In this document: piece by piece, positions 39,136 through 53,099 of the stretch
How the letters are laid out: each line of letters starts with the position of its first letter
How positions within the stretch are numbered: the first letter of the stretch is position 1
Origin: Octopus vulgaris
Lineage: Eukaryota
Direction: 5' to 3'
Assembly: GCA_951406725.2 (NCBI GenBank)
Contig: OX597830.1
Location: 54,498,001-54,562,000 of the forward strand
DNA length: 64,000 bases
The notes under the pieces: model-generated
What the model was told of the DNA's origin: nothing
Seen by the model: the letters and a program-made list of their open reading frames with translations, nothing else
Database searches by the model: none
Program-made: the position numbers and the translations under genes

Positions 39136-42100
39136 TATGGCTGCCCCCTCGTTATCGAGTATGGCCATTGCACGAAGCTTAACTGTTACTGGTGCTGTGA
39201 TCGAATGTGACTTTTTAGCCCAGCTAAAGATCTACAATGTCTTGTACAAAATTGGCAACTAAGACCTTTACTGGTAATAGCCGGCTGTAGTTGTAACTGG
39301 GATTCATGTACCTTTGCATGTCGTTTAAGTCCTCCTGCCGAATTACACTCTCTTCCACATGCCCGACAGATATGGTTAATATGGTGTGTTACACCACCAC
39401 CAGTGGCCAGGTTGTCGCTCATCTGTCTCGTTTTATGTCTACGAAGATGACTCATGAGTCTAGCTTTACTGAGGCAGGGTCTTGCACAGACATTGCATGT
39501 CAGAATCAAAGGAAGACCCTTCCCTTCTGGAAGTGTAACAGCGATGCCCTTCCTGACATCCCTCCTTACTTTCTCATGTGCAACTCGAGATTTCTCAAAC
39601 GTGGCTGTCCCCTCATGCACAATCCTTCTCCACCTGCTACGATCAATAGCTATGCCTTCCCATGTGTCAGGAGAGATGTAAGTATCTCTTAAGGAAGCCT
39701 TCAGCAAGTCCTTATACCTCTTTTTTGGTTTATGTGGAGGTCGTTCTCCTTTAGCTAACTCTCCATAAAAGAGTTGTTTTGGCGTCCTTGAATCCTTCAT
39801 TCTGACCAGATGACCACTCCATCTGAGCCTTTGCTTTAACACAAGAGCTTCTATACTTACACACCGAGAGCCTTTGAGTATTTCAAGATCACTGATGCGG
39901 TCCTTTCACTTAATGCTATAGATCCGCCTGAGGCACATTTGATGGAAACGTTCCAGATGTTTAAGGTGGTATCGATATGTGACCCACGTCTCGCAGGCAT
40001 AGAGAAGAGAAGGGAGCACACATGCCTTGTACGCCTTTATCTTTGTCTTTCTGCATATGTCTCGCCGACTCCAGAGGCGCTTTTCTAGCCTTCCGAAAGC
40101 AACACTTGCTTTCCTAATTCTATATGGAATTTCATCATCCACATTGCCATATCTATTAATAGTGCTTCCCAGGTAGACAAACTGATCGACTACATCAAGT
40201 CGTTTACCATTCACATAGATAATTTGTACACTATACTGCTTACCAGGGGCAGGTTGATGCATGACAACAGTTTTCTTGAGATTGACTGTCAATCCTAAGG
40301 CAGTGCAAGCATCAGAGAATGCATTCAAAATGTGTTGCATATCAATCTCTGTGTGTGTGCTACTAGCTCACAATCATCAGCATACAAAAGGACTCTTATG
40401 ACAGGGGTAAATATCTTTGTTTTTGCAGCAAGGCGCCTGATATTAAATATGCTGCCAGAGGTTCGATAATGGACGTAAACACCGTTTCTGCAGTTTCTGA
40501 ATGCAATGCAGAACACCATCGCGAAATATATGGAAAATAGGGTCGGTGCCAGAATATACCCCCGTTTCACTCCATTTTGTATTGAAATGGGCTCCGACAA
40601 TCTTCCCTCTAACATTCACCCTATCATTCATGTCTTCATGAAAAGACCTAACCAAAGCAAGGAACTTTTCAGGACACCCAAGTTTCTGGAGGACTTTCCA
40701 CAATGCTTTTCTATTGACGGTATCAAAGGCTTTTGTCAGATCGACAAACACCTGATACAAATCCAGACCCTGTTCCACACACTTTTCCTGAAGCTGTCTA
40801 GCTGAAAAGATTATATCAGCAGTGCCGCGTCCCACACGAAAGCCAGATCTGCATTGCATTTCAGCAGACGATCTGCAATGCATTTCAGCAGACGATCCAG
40901 AAGTATCCTGCATAAAACCTTTCCTACAGCAGACAGCAATGATATTCCCCTATAATTACCACAATCATTCCTGTTGCCCTTTCCCTTATACAGGACCACC
41001 ATTACTGCATCTCTCCAGTCCTCAGGTACAGATTCACTAGTCCATTGCTTACCAAACAAAGAGTGAAGTTTCTGTAGAATTTTCTCACCACCATGCTGTA
41101 ACAACTCCGCATGCATGCCATCCATACCCGGAGACTTCCCATTATTCAACCTTGAGACATCCATTGCAACTTCTTCCAACTTTGGTGGTTCTTCACAGGC
41201 AATCCAGGGATGAGATTGAGAACATCCTCACTAACTACAGACTGCTGATTCAAAAGTTCATCAAAGTGTTCTTGCCACCTTCGCAGAATTCCTTGTGAAT
41301 CACGAAGAAGTTCTTTACCATCCCTGCTTCGAATTGGTGTCATCAAGGAAGATGTCGGTCCATAAACTTCTCGCAAGAGACCATACAACAGCTTTGTGTT
41401 ATTGGAATTTGACGCCGCCTGTATCTCATCAGCCTTCTTACTCCACCACGTATCCCTCATCTGAGAGAGCTTTTGCCTCACACGTGATTTTACGTCCTTG
41501 AGTTCCCTATGCAACACTTCCCTTTCCTGTGACTTTGCTGACAAATAGCATGACAAAGTACGTCTTTTATCAGCCAATAAATAATCTACATGTTCATCAT
41601 TTTCTTTGAACCAATCTTGATGCTTTCTTTGTATCAATCCCAGAACATTTTTGCCTGTATCATAAACTGACTTTTTAAGGGTCGGCCAATCCTCCCCAAT
41701 ATCTGCAGCATTCATTTCCTCTCGTAAAGTTCTCTTCACATTATTATATCTAAGACGATCAACATTCAGCTTTTTAGGCAGGGTCATCCCTGCAACTCAG
41801 ATTTTATGTGTTGTAACTAATTTCACTTTTGCACGTACTAGGCGGTGGTCAGTCCAACACTCAGCTCCACGAAGAACACGAATACACTGCACATCCTGTC
41901 TGTCACGCACCCTAACTAGGATGTAATCCAGAATATGCCATTCTTTAGATGCAGGTGCATCCATGTAGTCTTAAGCTTATTCTTTTGTTGAAACATGGTA
42001 TTGGTAACACACAGACTCAGCTCCTCACACATCTGCAGCAAAAGCATGCCATTACTATTACACTTCCCCACCCCATGCTTTCCAATTACAGTCCATGTGT

Positions 42101-43330
42101 TAAAATCTCTACCCACTCTAGCATTAAAGTCACCCAGTACAATGACTTTGTCTGCCCGAGGGATATTTCTTATAATGCCCTTCAAAGCATGGTAGAAAGA
42201 AAGTTTTTCATCAATATAGCACATAGTTGGAGCATACACACTCACCAAGGTCATATAATTTCCTTTAGCCAAGGGAATTCTCATGGACATAAGACGCTCG
42301 TTAATTCCGATTGGGAATTCTTCCAACTTGTCCACAAGAGTAGTCTTAACAGCAAATGCCACTCCAGCTTCTCCTCTCAGCTCTTCATCTCTCCCTTTCC
42401 AAAAGAATGTATATTTTCCACAAGATTCTGTAAGATGACCATCTCCAGGTAATCTCGTCTCAGATAAAGCAACGATGTCAAGATGATAGCTTTGAAGCTC
42501 CTTCACAACAAGCGCAGTCCTTCTTTCAGGACATTCAGAGGACTTGTGGTCAAGCAATGTCCGTACATTCCAACAGCCAATATTCATTATTTTCTTTGGT
42601 TCTAGTAGCATGATGACAGCCGGGTTCAGATTGTGATGCTCTGGAGCCCCTGCCGGGCCAGACTCTTTCCGCCGATGTGGTTCCAGATTCCTTACTGCCA
42701 TTTATTTTTATACTGTTTTGATACATCATTGATTTTTGCTTTTTAATGTTACAGTCAGCCATTCAGTTGAGACTCACAGCACTATCAACAGTCATGAATT
42801 AGTTAATCACTTTAATCAATCCAATGTAGTTATCGTGCAATACCTGTGCAAAAAGATTTTTTTAAGTGAGGAAAGGCTGTGCACTGAGTCAATCCCACTC
42901 ACTAAGCAACAGCAGCCATAATCCGAAAAGAAGAACAAGTCAACATCATCGGTAACCACTGAGCCGCAGGTTTTATGTCGGAGTTATCCCAGTTACCTGA
43001 GTTACCTTCTCCTAGAAGGGTACCCTAACAAAGGCTAGGAGTCCTTCACTCCCAATGGTTTAACCGCGCGATCGGGTATTCAGTCCGATTATTTCTATGT
43101 CCCCGCGCATGATACAACCTTAAGCCTTAAGAAGAAAAGAAAAAAAAAAGAAAAAAAAACATTTATTGGATGGCCGTTGACTCTCAAGAGTTCCTCCGCC
43201 CTTTGACGGGTTTTGTTTTTCATCCCGCAGGGTGTCCAATAAACACCCTCCTCACCAAGCAAGCTTGGTGGGGTTACCGGTTTAGTCGCCGACGGCCCGA
43301 CCATGCAAAGGTTGTTCTGGGTTACATGTT
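39136..43330 (-). mobile_element. Near full-length RTE-clade LINE, frameshifted (APE endonuclease, RT, three C2H2 zinc fingers)
   Basis: Colinear ORF pieces: 42701-41916 (GCWNVRTL, ALSETR, SVYAPT, GDFNARVG); 41787-41146; 41179-40811 (KSPGMDG, NYRGISLL); 40913-40443 (FVDLTKAFD); 40615-40325 (LLYADD); 40340-39906 (FVYLGS, LLYACETW); 39842-39186 (RLRWSGH plus C2H2 x3). 3' stem CTCG ataa CGAG, and (TACA)n on both flanks. Confidence 0.95.
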
Positions 43331-44539
43331 AACATACATACATACATACATACATACATACATACATACATACATACATACATACATTCATACATACATA
43401 CATACATACATACATACATACATACATACAAACATATATACATACATACATTCATACATACATACATACATACATACATACATACATACATACATACATA
43501 CATACATACATACATACATACATACATACATACGCATGCAAAGTATGGCTGAAATTGGGCTCTTGCCGAGAGAATGCAAATTCTTAATTAATATGCTACA
43601 AACGATCATGATATCTAGAACTAAAAAGATCTGCAACATCTTCACAAAAAGCAGCCGTTCTTGTATGTGAACTATAAAAAGTACCCTTACAAAAATGTCA
43701 AAGATTTGTCAAGACGGAATTGATTAATGACGTCATCGGACAATAACACACTAGTTTCTGCTTTGTTATACGTCATCAGTTACAGACAGAGCATAAATCG
43801 CTCATTACTCTGTAAGAGCTATTGTTTCAGTACTCAAATCACAGCAGCTGTGATATACAGATAAATCTGCCGGCAGAGGAAGTGCCTGTGGCCTCGAAAG
43901 GTTCTCTCAGACTAGGGATATTAATGTGGTTGATGTTCAAGTTGAACATATGTAAGTCTATGATATCGGGTGAAACATTGGATGGTGAAAGAATGGCGTG
44001 GAACGACTGGAATTGTAGTTGGTGCAGAAGCCTACACTGGATTCCATTATGGGTGACAAGAAGCGGAGAGATTAGTATATTGGATGGGTTTGAGTAGAAG
44101 TAGTATGCAGTCTAGCTACATCTGAGAGGCAGAGGCCGTTGTAGTAGTGGTGGAATAGGCGGAGAGTGGTCACAGCGTGACTGTGTGGGCTAGAGATTGG
44201 ACTGTGTTGCTGGCGAATGAATGTTTGCCACTGTGTCAGATGTTATCGTGTGTGCATATACATACATACATACATACATACATACAAACAAACATACATA
44301 CATACAAACATACATACATACATACATACATACATACATACATACATACATACATACATACATACATACATACATACAAAAGTACCCTGTTGTTGATGTT
44401 GAAATTCCAATGAAACCGGTTCTTTCTCTATTGCCAAGAAATCTTGAAATAAAGCTGAATAATGACATACATATCAGCAAAAAGTTATGCCTGGGCATAT
44501 ATATATATATATATATATATATGCAAGCTAGAAGATATC

Positions 44540-46564
44540 AGCAACATTGACAGAAATAGTAGCCTCTCAGTACAAGCCCTGGGTGACGAAGAAGGTTAAA
44601 CGAGAACTTCGACTCAGAGATATTGCTTGGGCTGAATTAAAAAATCTAGATTCGACTGCAGCTTTTGAGGTGTACAAAACTCAACGAGACCGAGCCGTGA
44701 AAATTGAAATGGAAGAACGCTTCAGATACGAATAGAGAATCGCGGCAAACGCCAGTCGCAATCCAAAAACCTTCTTTGCCCATGTCCAACGGAATTCCCG
44801 CTTGAACAACCAAATTTGCAACGTTGGTAGACTCAACAGGCATATCGATTGAGGACCCTTATCAACAGAGTCAGTTATTTGCCGAGGCTTTTTCAACTAT
44901 TTTCAAACAAGATGATGGTCGTGAACCCCCTCCATTTGATAGATCGGTACCTTCAATGCTTAGATTGGTTATCACGCGGGATGAAGTCGAACGCGTTATT
45001 CAAGGCTTCGATGTCAACAAGGGTTACGGCCCTGACGGCATACACCCACGGGTTATCAAAGCGTTGGCTCCGGTCATCTGCGAGCCTTTAACAAGTCTAT
45101 TCAATATGTCATTGGCGACGGGTGTTATACCTGCGGACTGGAGAACAGCGATAATCTGCCGTATTTTCAAGAAAGGGAGCCGCGAAGACCCGCTTAACTA
45201 CCGACCGGTTTCCCTTACTTCAATAATCAGCAAGATGTTCGAAACCATCCTCAAGAAAAGTATGTTACTACACCTCCAAAACACAACCTCTATCTTTGAT
45301 TCAACACGGCTTCGTGCCGAAGTGATCATGCTTGACCAACTTACTGGTAATGGAAGAATTGGTGACGCGCATCCTCGATGATGGCGATGCTGTTGACATC
45401 GTTTTATGGGACTTTGCCAAAGCTTTTTATTCGGTAAACCACCGCCTATTACTTGTCAAGCTTCAAGCATATAGTTTCCATCCGGATATTGTACGATGGG
45501 TTGGTGCCTTCCTCTCAGATCACTCCTTCCAAGTCCAAGTTAATGGTTTGCTGTCCGACGTCTCTAGTGCGAGCAGTGGCGTGCCTCAAGGTTCAGTGCT
45601 TGGGCCCTTATTGTTCTTAGTCTTCATAAATGACTTGCTCGACGACCTCACGCAACACACCCTTCTATTTGCCGATGATGTCAAACTGGTCGCTCCTCGC
45701 GGTGATTTAGAGGATCTTCGTCGATGCCTCCACCAAATTTGGAGATGGTCTAACGAATGGGACCTGTGTCTGAACGTGTCAAAGTGCTGTCATCTGCCTG
45801 TTGGCTCTTCTCCTGCAACTCAACTTGATTTCGAGCTGGGTCGTCTGCTGCTGGAGAGGACCGACCAGGTAAAGGACCTGGATATCTTGGTGGATTCTTC
45901 CTTTTCGCCTTCGGCCCAATGCGTCCATGCTGCCAACAAAGCACGCGGAGTTATGTTTTTGATTCGACGGTCATTCGGAATGCTCACAGCAGCCATATTC
46001 CTACCGCTCTATGTCACGCTGGTGAGACCCATATTGGAGCACGAGATTCAAGCCTCTTCTCCTTATCTCCTCAAAGACATACATCATCTCGAAAGAGTCC
46101 AGAAGCTGGCTACCCGCATGGTTCTTGGTCTCAAGCATTTGTCTTATGAAGAAAGGCTGAAGACGCTCGACCCTTATTCTCTAGAAAAACGACGACGCCG
46201 TCGTGATCTCATTCTTGCTCACAACATCATAAGCGGAAAGTGTAACCTCTCGAAGGAGCTGTTCTTCACTCCTGCTCCAGAGCGTCGGCTGCGGGGTCAC
46301 TCCAAAAAGCTCTATCTGCGACGATTTCATCTCAATCGAAGGAGAGGGGCTTTCTCCGTCCGGGTTGCGGATCTGTGGAATAAGCTGCCGGACGAGATAG
46401 TGAAGATGCCGACGACCGCTCGGTTCAAAGTCTCCCTTGACCACAAGTGGCCTGAACTCTTTACATGAACACCACCCTGTACGTAACTCCATGTCCCCCT
46501 ACATGGCCTTGCTTTTTGTTTTTTGAGCCAAAAAATTAACTAACTAACTAACTAACTAACTAAC
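44540..46564 (+). mobile_element. 5'-truncated CR1-group LINE with (TAAC)n tail
   Basis: RT motifs GPDGIHPRV, NYRPVSLTS, DFAKAF, GVPQGSVLGPLLF, LFADD; CR1-type C-terminus LERVQK.ATR...LSYEERL...RLRGH...FSVRV..LWN.LP; frameshift near 45300-45330; short 3'UTR ending in TAAC repeats. Confidence 0.92.
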
Positions 46565-46792
46565 AACCCATCATACCAAGAAGGAAACGAGTCCACGTTT
46601 CAGTAACAGCTGTTGAAATTTCAAAGAGAGAAAACATACATGCATGCATAGATTTAATATGCACATTACTGTAACGGCCACAAGACCAGCCATTTATGGA
46701 GAATGAGTGAATCGATTATATTGATGCCATTATTATTACTTAAATGAGCTCCAAAGCTAAAGTTGACCTCAATGTGAGAAGTGTGTGAGTTT

Positions 46793-47385
46793 GTATGTAT
46801 GTATGTATGTATGTATGTATGTATGTATGTATGTATGTATGTATGTATGTATGTATGTATGTATGTATGTTAATGTACGTATGTATGTATGTTAATGTAT
46901 GTATGTATGTATGTATGTTAATGTATGTATGTATGTATGTATGTATGTATGTATGTATGTTAATGTATGTATGTATGTATATATGTATGTACGTATGTAT
47001 GTATGTATGTATGTATGTACGTATATATGTATGTACGTATGTATGTATGTATGTATGTACGTATGTATGTATGTTAATGTATGTATGTATGCATGTATGT
47101 ATGTATGTATGTATGTATGTATGCATGTATGTATGTATGTACGTATGTATGTATGTTAATGTATGTATGTATGTATGTTAACGTATGTATGTATGTATGT
47201 ATGTATGCATGTATGTATGTATGTATGTATGTATGTATGTATGTATGTATGTATGTATGAATGTATGTATTTATGTATGTATGAATGTATGTATTTATGT
47301 ATGTATGTATGTATGTATGTATGTATGTATGTATGTATGTATGTATGTATGTATGTATGTATGTATGTATCTACTTATGTATGTA
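46793..47385. repeat. (TATG)n array with recurrent TTAA/TACG variants
   Basis: Direct inspection. Confidence 0.95.
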
Positions 47386-47689
47386 TAACGACGAAGTCAC
47401 CAATTATAACGTTCAGGTGTTGCTGATTAATTAGACTGAATAAAATGACTTAAGAAGAACTATATTAATTGCTTGCTGAGACGGCCATTTTATTCATTCG
47501 ATTATTCTGATAGTCGTTTACAATATAGAATACATAATTTCTTCGAGTTGTTTGTGTAAATGGCTATTTGTTGTTGCAGTAAACAAACTGTCTTTAGTTC
47601 CATAGTCTATTGTGTATGTAAGCTTCAGCTGTGAGTGACTATTAGAGAAAGAAAAAGGGTAATAAAATTTTGGTAGATAGAAACAATTT

Positions 47690-48891
47690 TGTATATTTTA
47701 CAAATTTTATTTGATTACCTTCAAAATACGCCACATGGGAGTTCACACACTGGAACCGCTGGAACGCCATTTCTGGAGTGAAATGGAGCTCCGATCTTGC
47801 TTTCCTCATAATTTCCTCTCGCGACTGAAATCGCTTCCCTTACAGCGTGGCTTTCAATTTGGGCAAGCGCCAGAAGCTATACGCTGCCAAGTCGGGTGAC
47901 TAGGGAGCCAGTCGGTCGAACATTTGGTGTGTTGTTCTTGACCAAGAAAGCTTGGATTATGTCGGCAGAATGAGCAGGTGCACCGTCGTCGTAAAGTTGC
48001 CAATTCTTCGCCGTCCACATGTCCGGCCGCCTTCGACGCACATCATCAAGAAGGCAACGTATAACTTCCAAGTAGTATTGCTTATTGGTTGTTTGGTCTT
48101 GTGGTGCGTATTCATGATGCACAATCCTACGGGAGTCAATGAAACAGATCAACATTACCTTCACATTGCTGCGATCTTGTGCATTTTGGTGGGGCATTGG
48201 TGGTGACAGATGTTTATTGGTTTCCGGGTCGTAACCATAAACCCATATCTCATCACCAGTGTTGAAGTATGGGTCGTAGTTTGCACAGTCCAGTATGCCC
48301 TGAACGATTTCCATGCGGAGTTGCTTCCGTTGCTCCGCCAACACTTTAGTGACGAATTTCGCCGAGACACTCTTCATGCACGAATCTTCTGTTAAAATGA
48401 AATGCACTGATCCTGTGCTTATTCCCTTTTCGTGAGCAATTTCCTGCATTGTTACACTAAGATCTTCCACCACTATCGTCGAACCTTCTCAATCGGTTGC
48501 TTGTTTCGGTTTGTCGATGGCCTGGCTGAGCGTTCCTTGCTCACCACTGAGGTGCGGCTATACTTGAAGCAGTTGTACCCGCACTTGATCTCAATTTTGT
48601 CTATGAAATCATCACCAGAGGTCTGCTGAATCTTCTGGGTAGTTTGAGCTTGAGTATCACCAAACTTTTGGCAAAACTTGACGCAACATCTTTTTGCTCG
48701 ATCGGTGAAAACGAAAGTCTGATGAGCGCGCACTACACGTGTGTACTCTGGGCGTAACAGCCAAAAACTGATGCGGTCTAACAGCGCGAAAATTTTCATA
48801 CATTCGCAGGAAGGGTAACGTCACCTTCCACATGCGGCATTAGTTTTGGCGAGAAAAATTTAAGTAGGATAGTTTTTGAACGCAGCTCGTA
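47690..48891 (-). mobile_element. Mariner transposon relic
   Basis: Terminus TA-CGAGCTGCGTTCAAAAACTATCC at 48891. ORFs 48799-48473 (HTH region, ERSARPST) and 48473-47877 (TGDEIWVYGYDPET, LYDDGAPAH). YSPDLAP is frameshifted. Confidence 0.88.
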
Positions 48892-49219
48892 TGCTTAAAG
48901 CCTGAAATTTAAGGAGATGGGATTAATCGATTACATTGACTCCAGTACTCAACTGATATTTATTTTATTGACCCCGAAAAAATGAAAGCAGTGTCGACCT
49001 CGGCAGAATTTTAACGCAAAATGTAACGAGTCGGAAGAAATAGCACAAAGTATGTTAGACACGCTAACGTAAAATTAAAACGTTACCGGTGAGTTTGTTT
49101 TTAGTTGGCAATCCAAGATAGAGTAGCATCTGTTTAAGCACAGAATTTCACATGGAGTTCATGCAAAAATGAAATAAAATAAAAACAACTATATATGTAC
49201 TACTTTAAAGTATTCACTT

Positions 49220-49708
<489 letters not shown>

Positions 49709-50049
49709 GTGAACAGACTGAAAGAAAGAGAAAGAGAGAGTGGTGCGTGTGAGTGAAAGAAAACATAAGTGAATGGTATACTTGTTTCGGTAATGTCCTT
49801 TAACGCTGCTACGTTTTTTCATATAGCAAAAATTATGTCAACCCCGCCACAATATTGTATAGGAATTGAGGTTCATGCAGTGACACAACCACCCTATCTT
49901 TAAAAGGACCGGGTCGTGCGTGATTAGCGGTAATAAACGAGGCAGGGGGGATAATTCACGGATATTTAATTTAATGATGGAATGTGTGTGTGGACGATAC
50001 AATCGAAGGGAAATAATTTTGCAGCGGGATAACTATAGTGTTGTGTGTG

Positions 50050-50085
<36 letters not shown>

Positions 50086-50799
50086 TAATTAACCCCGGCT
50101 GATATAAAATTTTGACTCAATCCAGCAATTTTAGGGGAAAGGTAAGCTGACCGCATCGATTTCCTCTCTCTTTATTTTATCGAACCCGGAATGGTAAAGT
50201 CAATCTCAGCAGAATTTGAACTCAGAACCCAAAGAATGGGAAGAAATGCCGCTTAGCATTTTGTCCGATGCGCTAACAATTCTGCCAGCTCAACTATCTT
50301 TTATATCTTTATATTCTCTGTGTCCTCCCGCCCAAGACCCCTGTATCTCAGCCTACATTATTTGCTCTACGTAGACATATTATACCCTTTTTGGAATCAG
50401 GATCCTGAGATTGAAAATCTGCCCTTCATTTGGTTCTTGAACATCCAGCATTGGGATCGGGTCTGGATGAAGATTTCTTATATGCTAACAATTGAAAATT
50501 CAAATGTTAAAAGAACTCCCAAAATTTGTGAACTTAAAAATTTTTCATTTAAACTGAATTTAAAGTAATACCAAAATTTTGTGAATTAAAAAAACCCAAT
50601 TATAATTCAGTTCATTTGAAATCAGATCCGAGTTAGAGTGAGAGTCTTCGTGAGGTTTTGAAGTACCGCGGGGTTTGTGAATTGAAGCGCTCGGAAGAAA
50701 GTACTGAAAAGCTCGAACTTTCGACCCAAATCGAACTTTTGGCCCAAATCAGACTTTCGGCCCAAATCGAACTTTTGACTCAAACAGGACTTCGGCCCA

Positions 50800-51246
50800 A
50801 GTACTGTCAGCGAATAGTTGAAATGCATAAGAAACTCCGACAACAACAGCCAGTATTGGTCAATAGAAGAGGACCAATTCTTCTCCACGACATCGCACAA
50901 CTGACCCTGCAGAAGTTGAACGAATTGGGCTACGAAACTCTGCCTCATCCGCCATACTCACCAGACCTCTCGCCTACCGACTACCACTTTTTCAAGCATC
51001 TCGACAACTTACTGCGTGAGAAATGCTTCAAAAATCAAAACGATGCCAAACACGTCTTCAATGACTTCATCGCCACCAGAACGCAGGATTTTTACGCTAC
51101 TGGCATAAATAAACTTGTTTCGCGTTGGCAAAAGTGTGTTGATTCTGATGGTGTTTATTTCGATTAATAAAGATTTGTTTGAGCCGAGATACGTGCATCT
51201 GAATTTAAATGTTACAAACTGCAAGAACTTTCTTGACAACCTAATA
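50800..51246 (+). mobile_element. Mariner 3' half with right TIR
   Basis: PILLHD...HPPYSPDLSPTDYHFF...GINKLVSRWQKCVDSDGVYFD, ending in the TIR-like ...CTTTCTTGACAACCTAATA. Confidence 0.88.
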
Positions 51247-51559
51247 AAAAAGCAAAACTGAAGTGGAAATAAAATAAAATATATGTGAAAATATGTATAA
51301 ACCATTTATTAAAACAGATATAAGCTAATAAATACTTTTTAATGACTTGCGCATGTCTGTGTGTTACGTCGTTATTCGAGTTACTAGGCTGAGTGAAATT
51401 TGTTTTTTTTTTGTATTTCAAGCTTTAAGTAATAATTCTAGCAAATTACATACAAAAAGCATTTATTCAGCAAAATATATCACATCATATTCTAATATCT
51501 ATTGCCATCTTTGTGCCAGAAGCTCAATTTTACGTTTTTCCCTATTTGGTTAGTTTAGA

Positions 51560-52400
51560 GGCAAAAAAAATCCCTACACCCGTTTTCAACGGCATCCAAA
51601 TTGGCTCAGCTATGACTCAGAAAATATGGCAATTTGGTGGGAGGAAGGTTCCGAACTGTGAGGCAGCACTTCCAGCCCTCAAGTTCCTCAACTTTGCAGC
51701 TGGTTACGATGGCAATATTTGCTGGGATATTTTCATGTTGTAGGGGTATGCGTCTTCGATTGATCAATGCCGGGTAGCGGGCTTTCAAAACATAAAATAC
51801 TCACCGCAGTTGTTGAGTATAAAGGTTAGCGTTTATAGCATGATCGTTTAGGACGAGCCCAAAGTGCAACACCACTTCGAAATTTCACTAAACACACAAG
51901 ACCTTCAATTCACACCACCCTTGTTCTGGAGCCTGCACGGAACGAAACCATTGATTCCTCTTATTAGGATTACGAAAATAGATCCAGTTTTCATTTCCAG
52001 TTCGACGCCCAAAAGGGGCATCTCTAGGGCTTGTCAGCAGTTGCTTACAAATGTTCACACGCCGTTGAACCTGATCGTTGAACGTCTGTTCACAATGGCG
52101 AGCTTATGGGGATGCCGATTGAGGTTGCTTTGAGAAGGCCCAAATTCTGCGACGAGTGTTTGTGCTTGGCTGTTGTTCAGTTATTTCAAGCAAGGCCACA
52201 TCTTCCACAATAGAAGGTCTTCCTGACCTTGGTTTGTCCTCGATGTTAGTGTCATCTTGCTTGAAACGTCTGAAAGGTTTTGCGTCACACATTCTTTTGC
52301 TGCTGCCCTTGCACTCTCTCTTTTTCTTTTTCTACTGGCAGCGGAAAAGTTTTGCACTACTCATTGTCAAAACTTCAAAATAAAGAACAAACAATTAATA
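51560..52400 (-). mobile_element. Highly degenerate mariner relic
   Basis: FRRFKQDDTNIEDKPRSGRPS and RYPALINRRRIPLQHEN fragments. Confidence 0.7.
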
Positions 52401-53099
52401 TTTATATGTCATAACTGAAATTAAAGAATAAGCAATTCAGCAACGATTGGACAAGTTTTATCAGATTAATGACATAACATGAAGTTACAAGCTGCCAAAA
52501 GTCATAAGTGAAAATCAAAAGCTTTTGATTCAACCTAGTAAGTTGCATATCATGGAACCAATTACCGACGTAAGTTGAGGTATGCCTGTGTGTGTGTGTG
52601 TGTAAGGTCAGCAAAAGTGTACGTACGCCGCTATATGTATATGTAACGGTATCAGTTACTATTGTAACGGGAGAAATTGATTGGTAAACCATGTTATAAT
52701 GATGCTGGAGTCAGCAATTGTAAAGATAAGATAATGTTGTTATAATTGCATACTGTAGGATGTGAAAGATGGACAATTCATGAAGTTTTAAGGAAATATT
52801 TATTTACCGTTACGTTACAAATACCTTGCCTCGACGGGCAGGTTATGATAAATCCAAAAGCATGCGAAGTAAAGTTTGTGTTTGTGTCCTCTTCATTGTT
52901 TAGTAGTAGTAATTACAGAGAGAGATAGAATGATGTTGTAAGAGAACAGAATTAGAGCTAGAGAGAATTGTAGGGTGTTGTCTGACAGTAAACTTCATTT
53001 CTCTCGCTGACCATTATCTTTAGTAGCTGCATTCCTTGGGATCATGATTCTAGCAGTCTATTCCCTAACTAATTGAGTCGTCACAATGTGACTGAACTC

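Noticed and set aside
50713-50800. Regularly spaced short repeats resembling CRISPR
   Set aside because: Contiguous tandem units without unique spacers, in a eukaryotic context with no cas genes.
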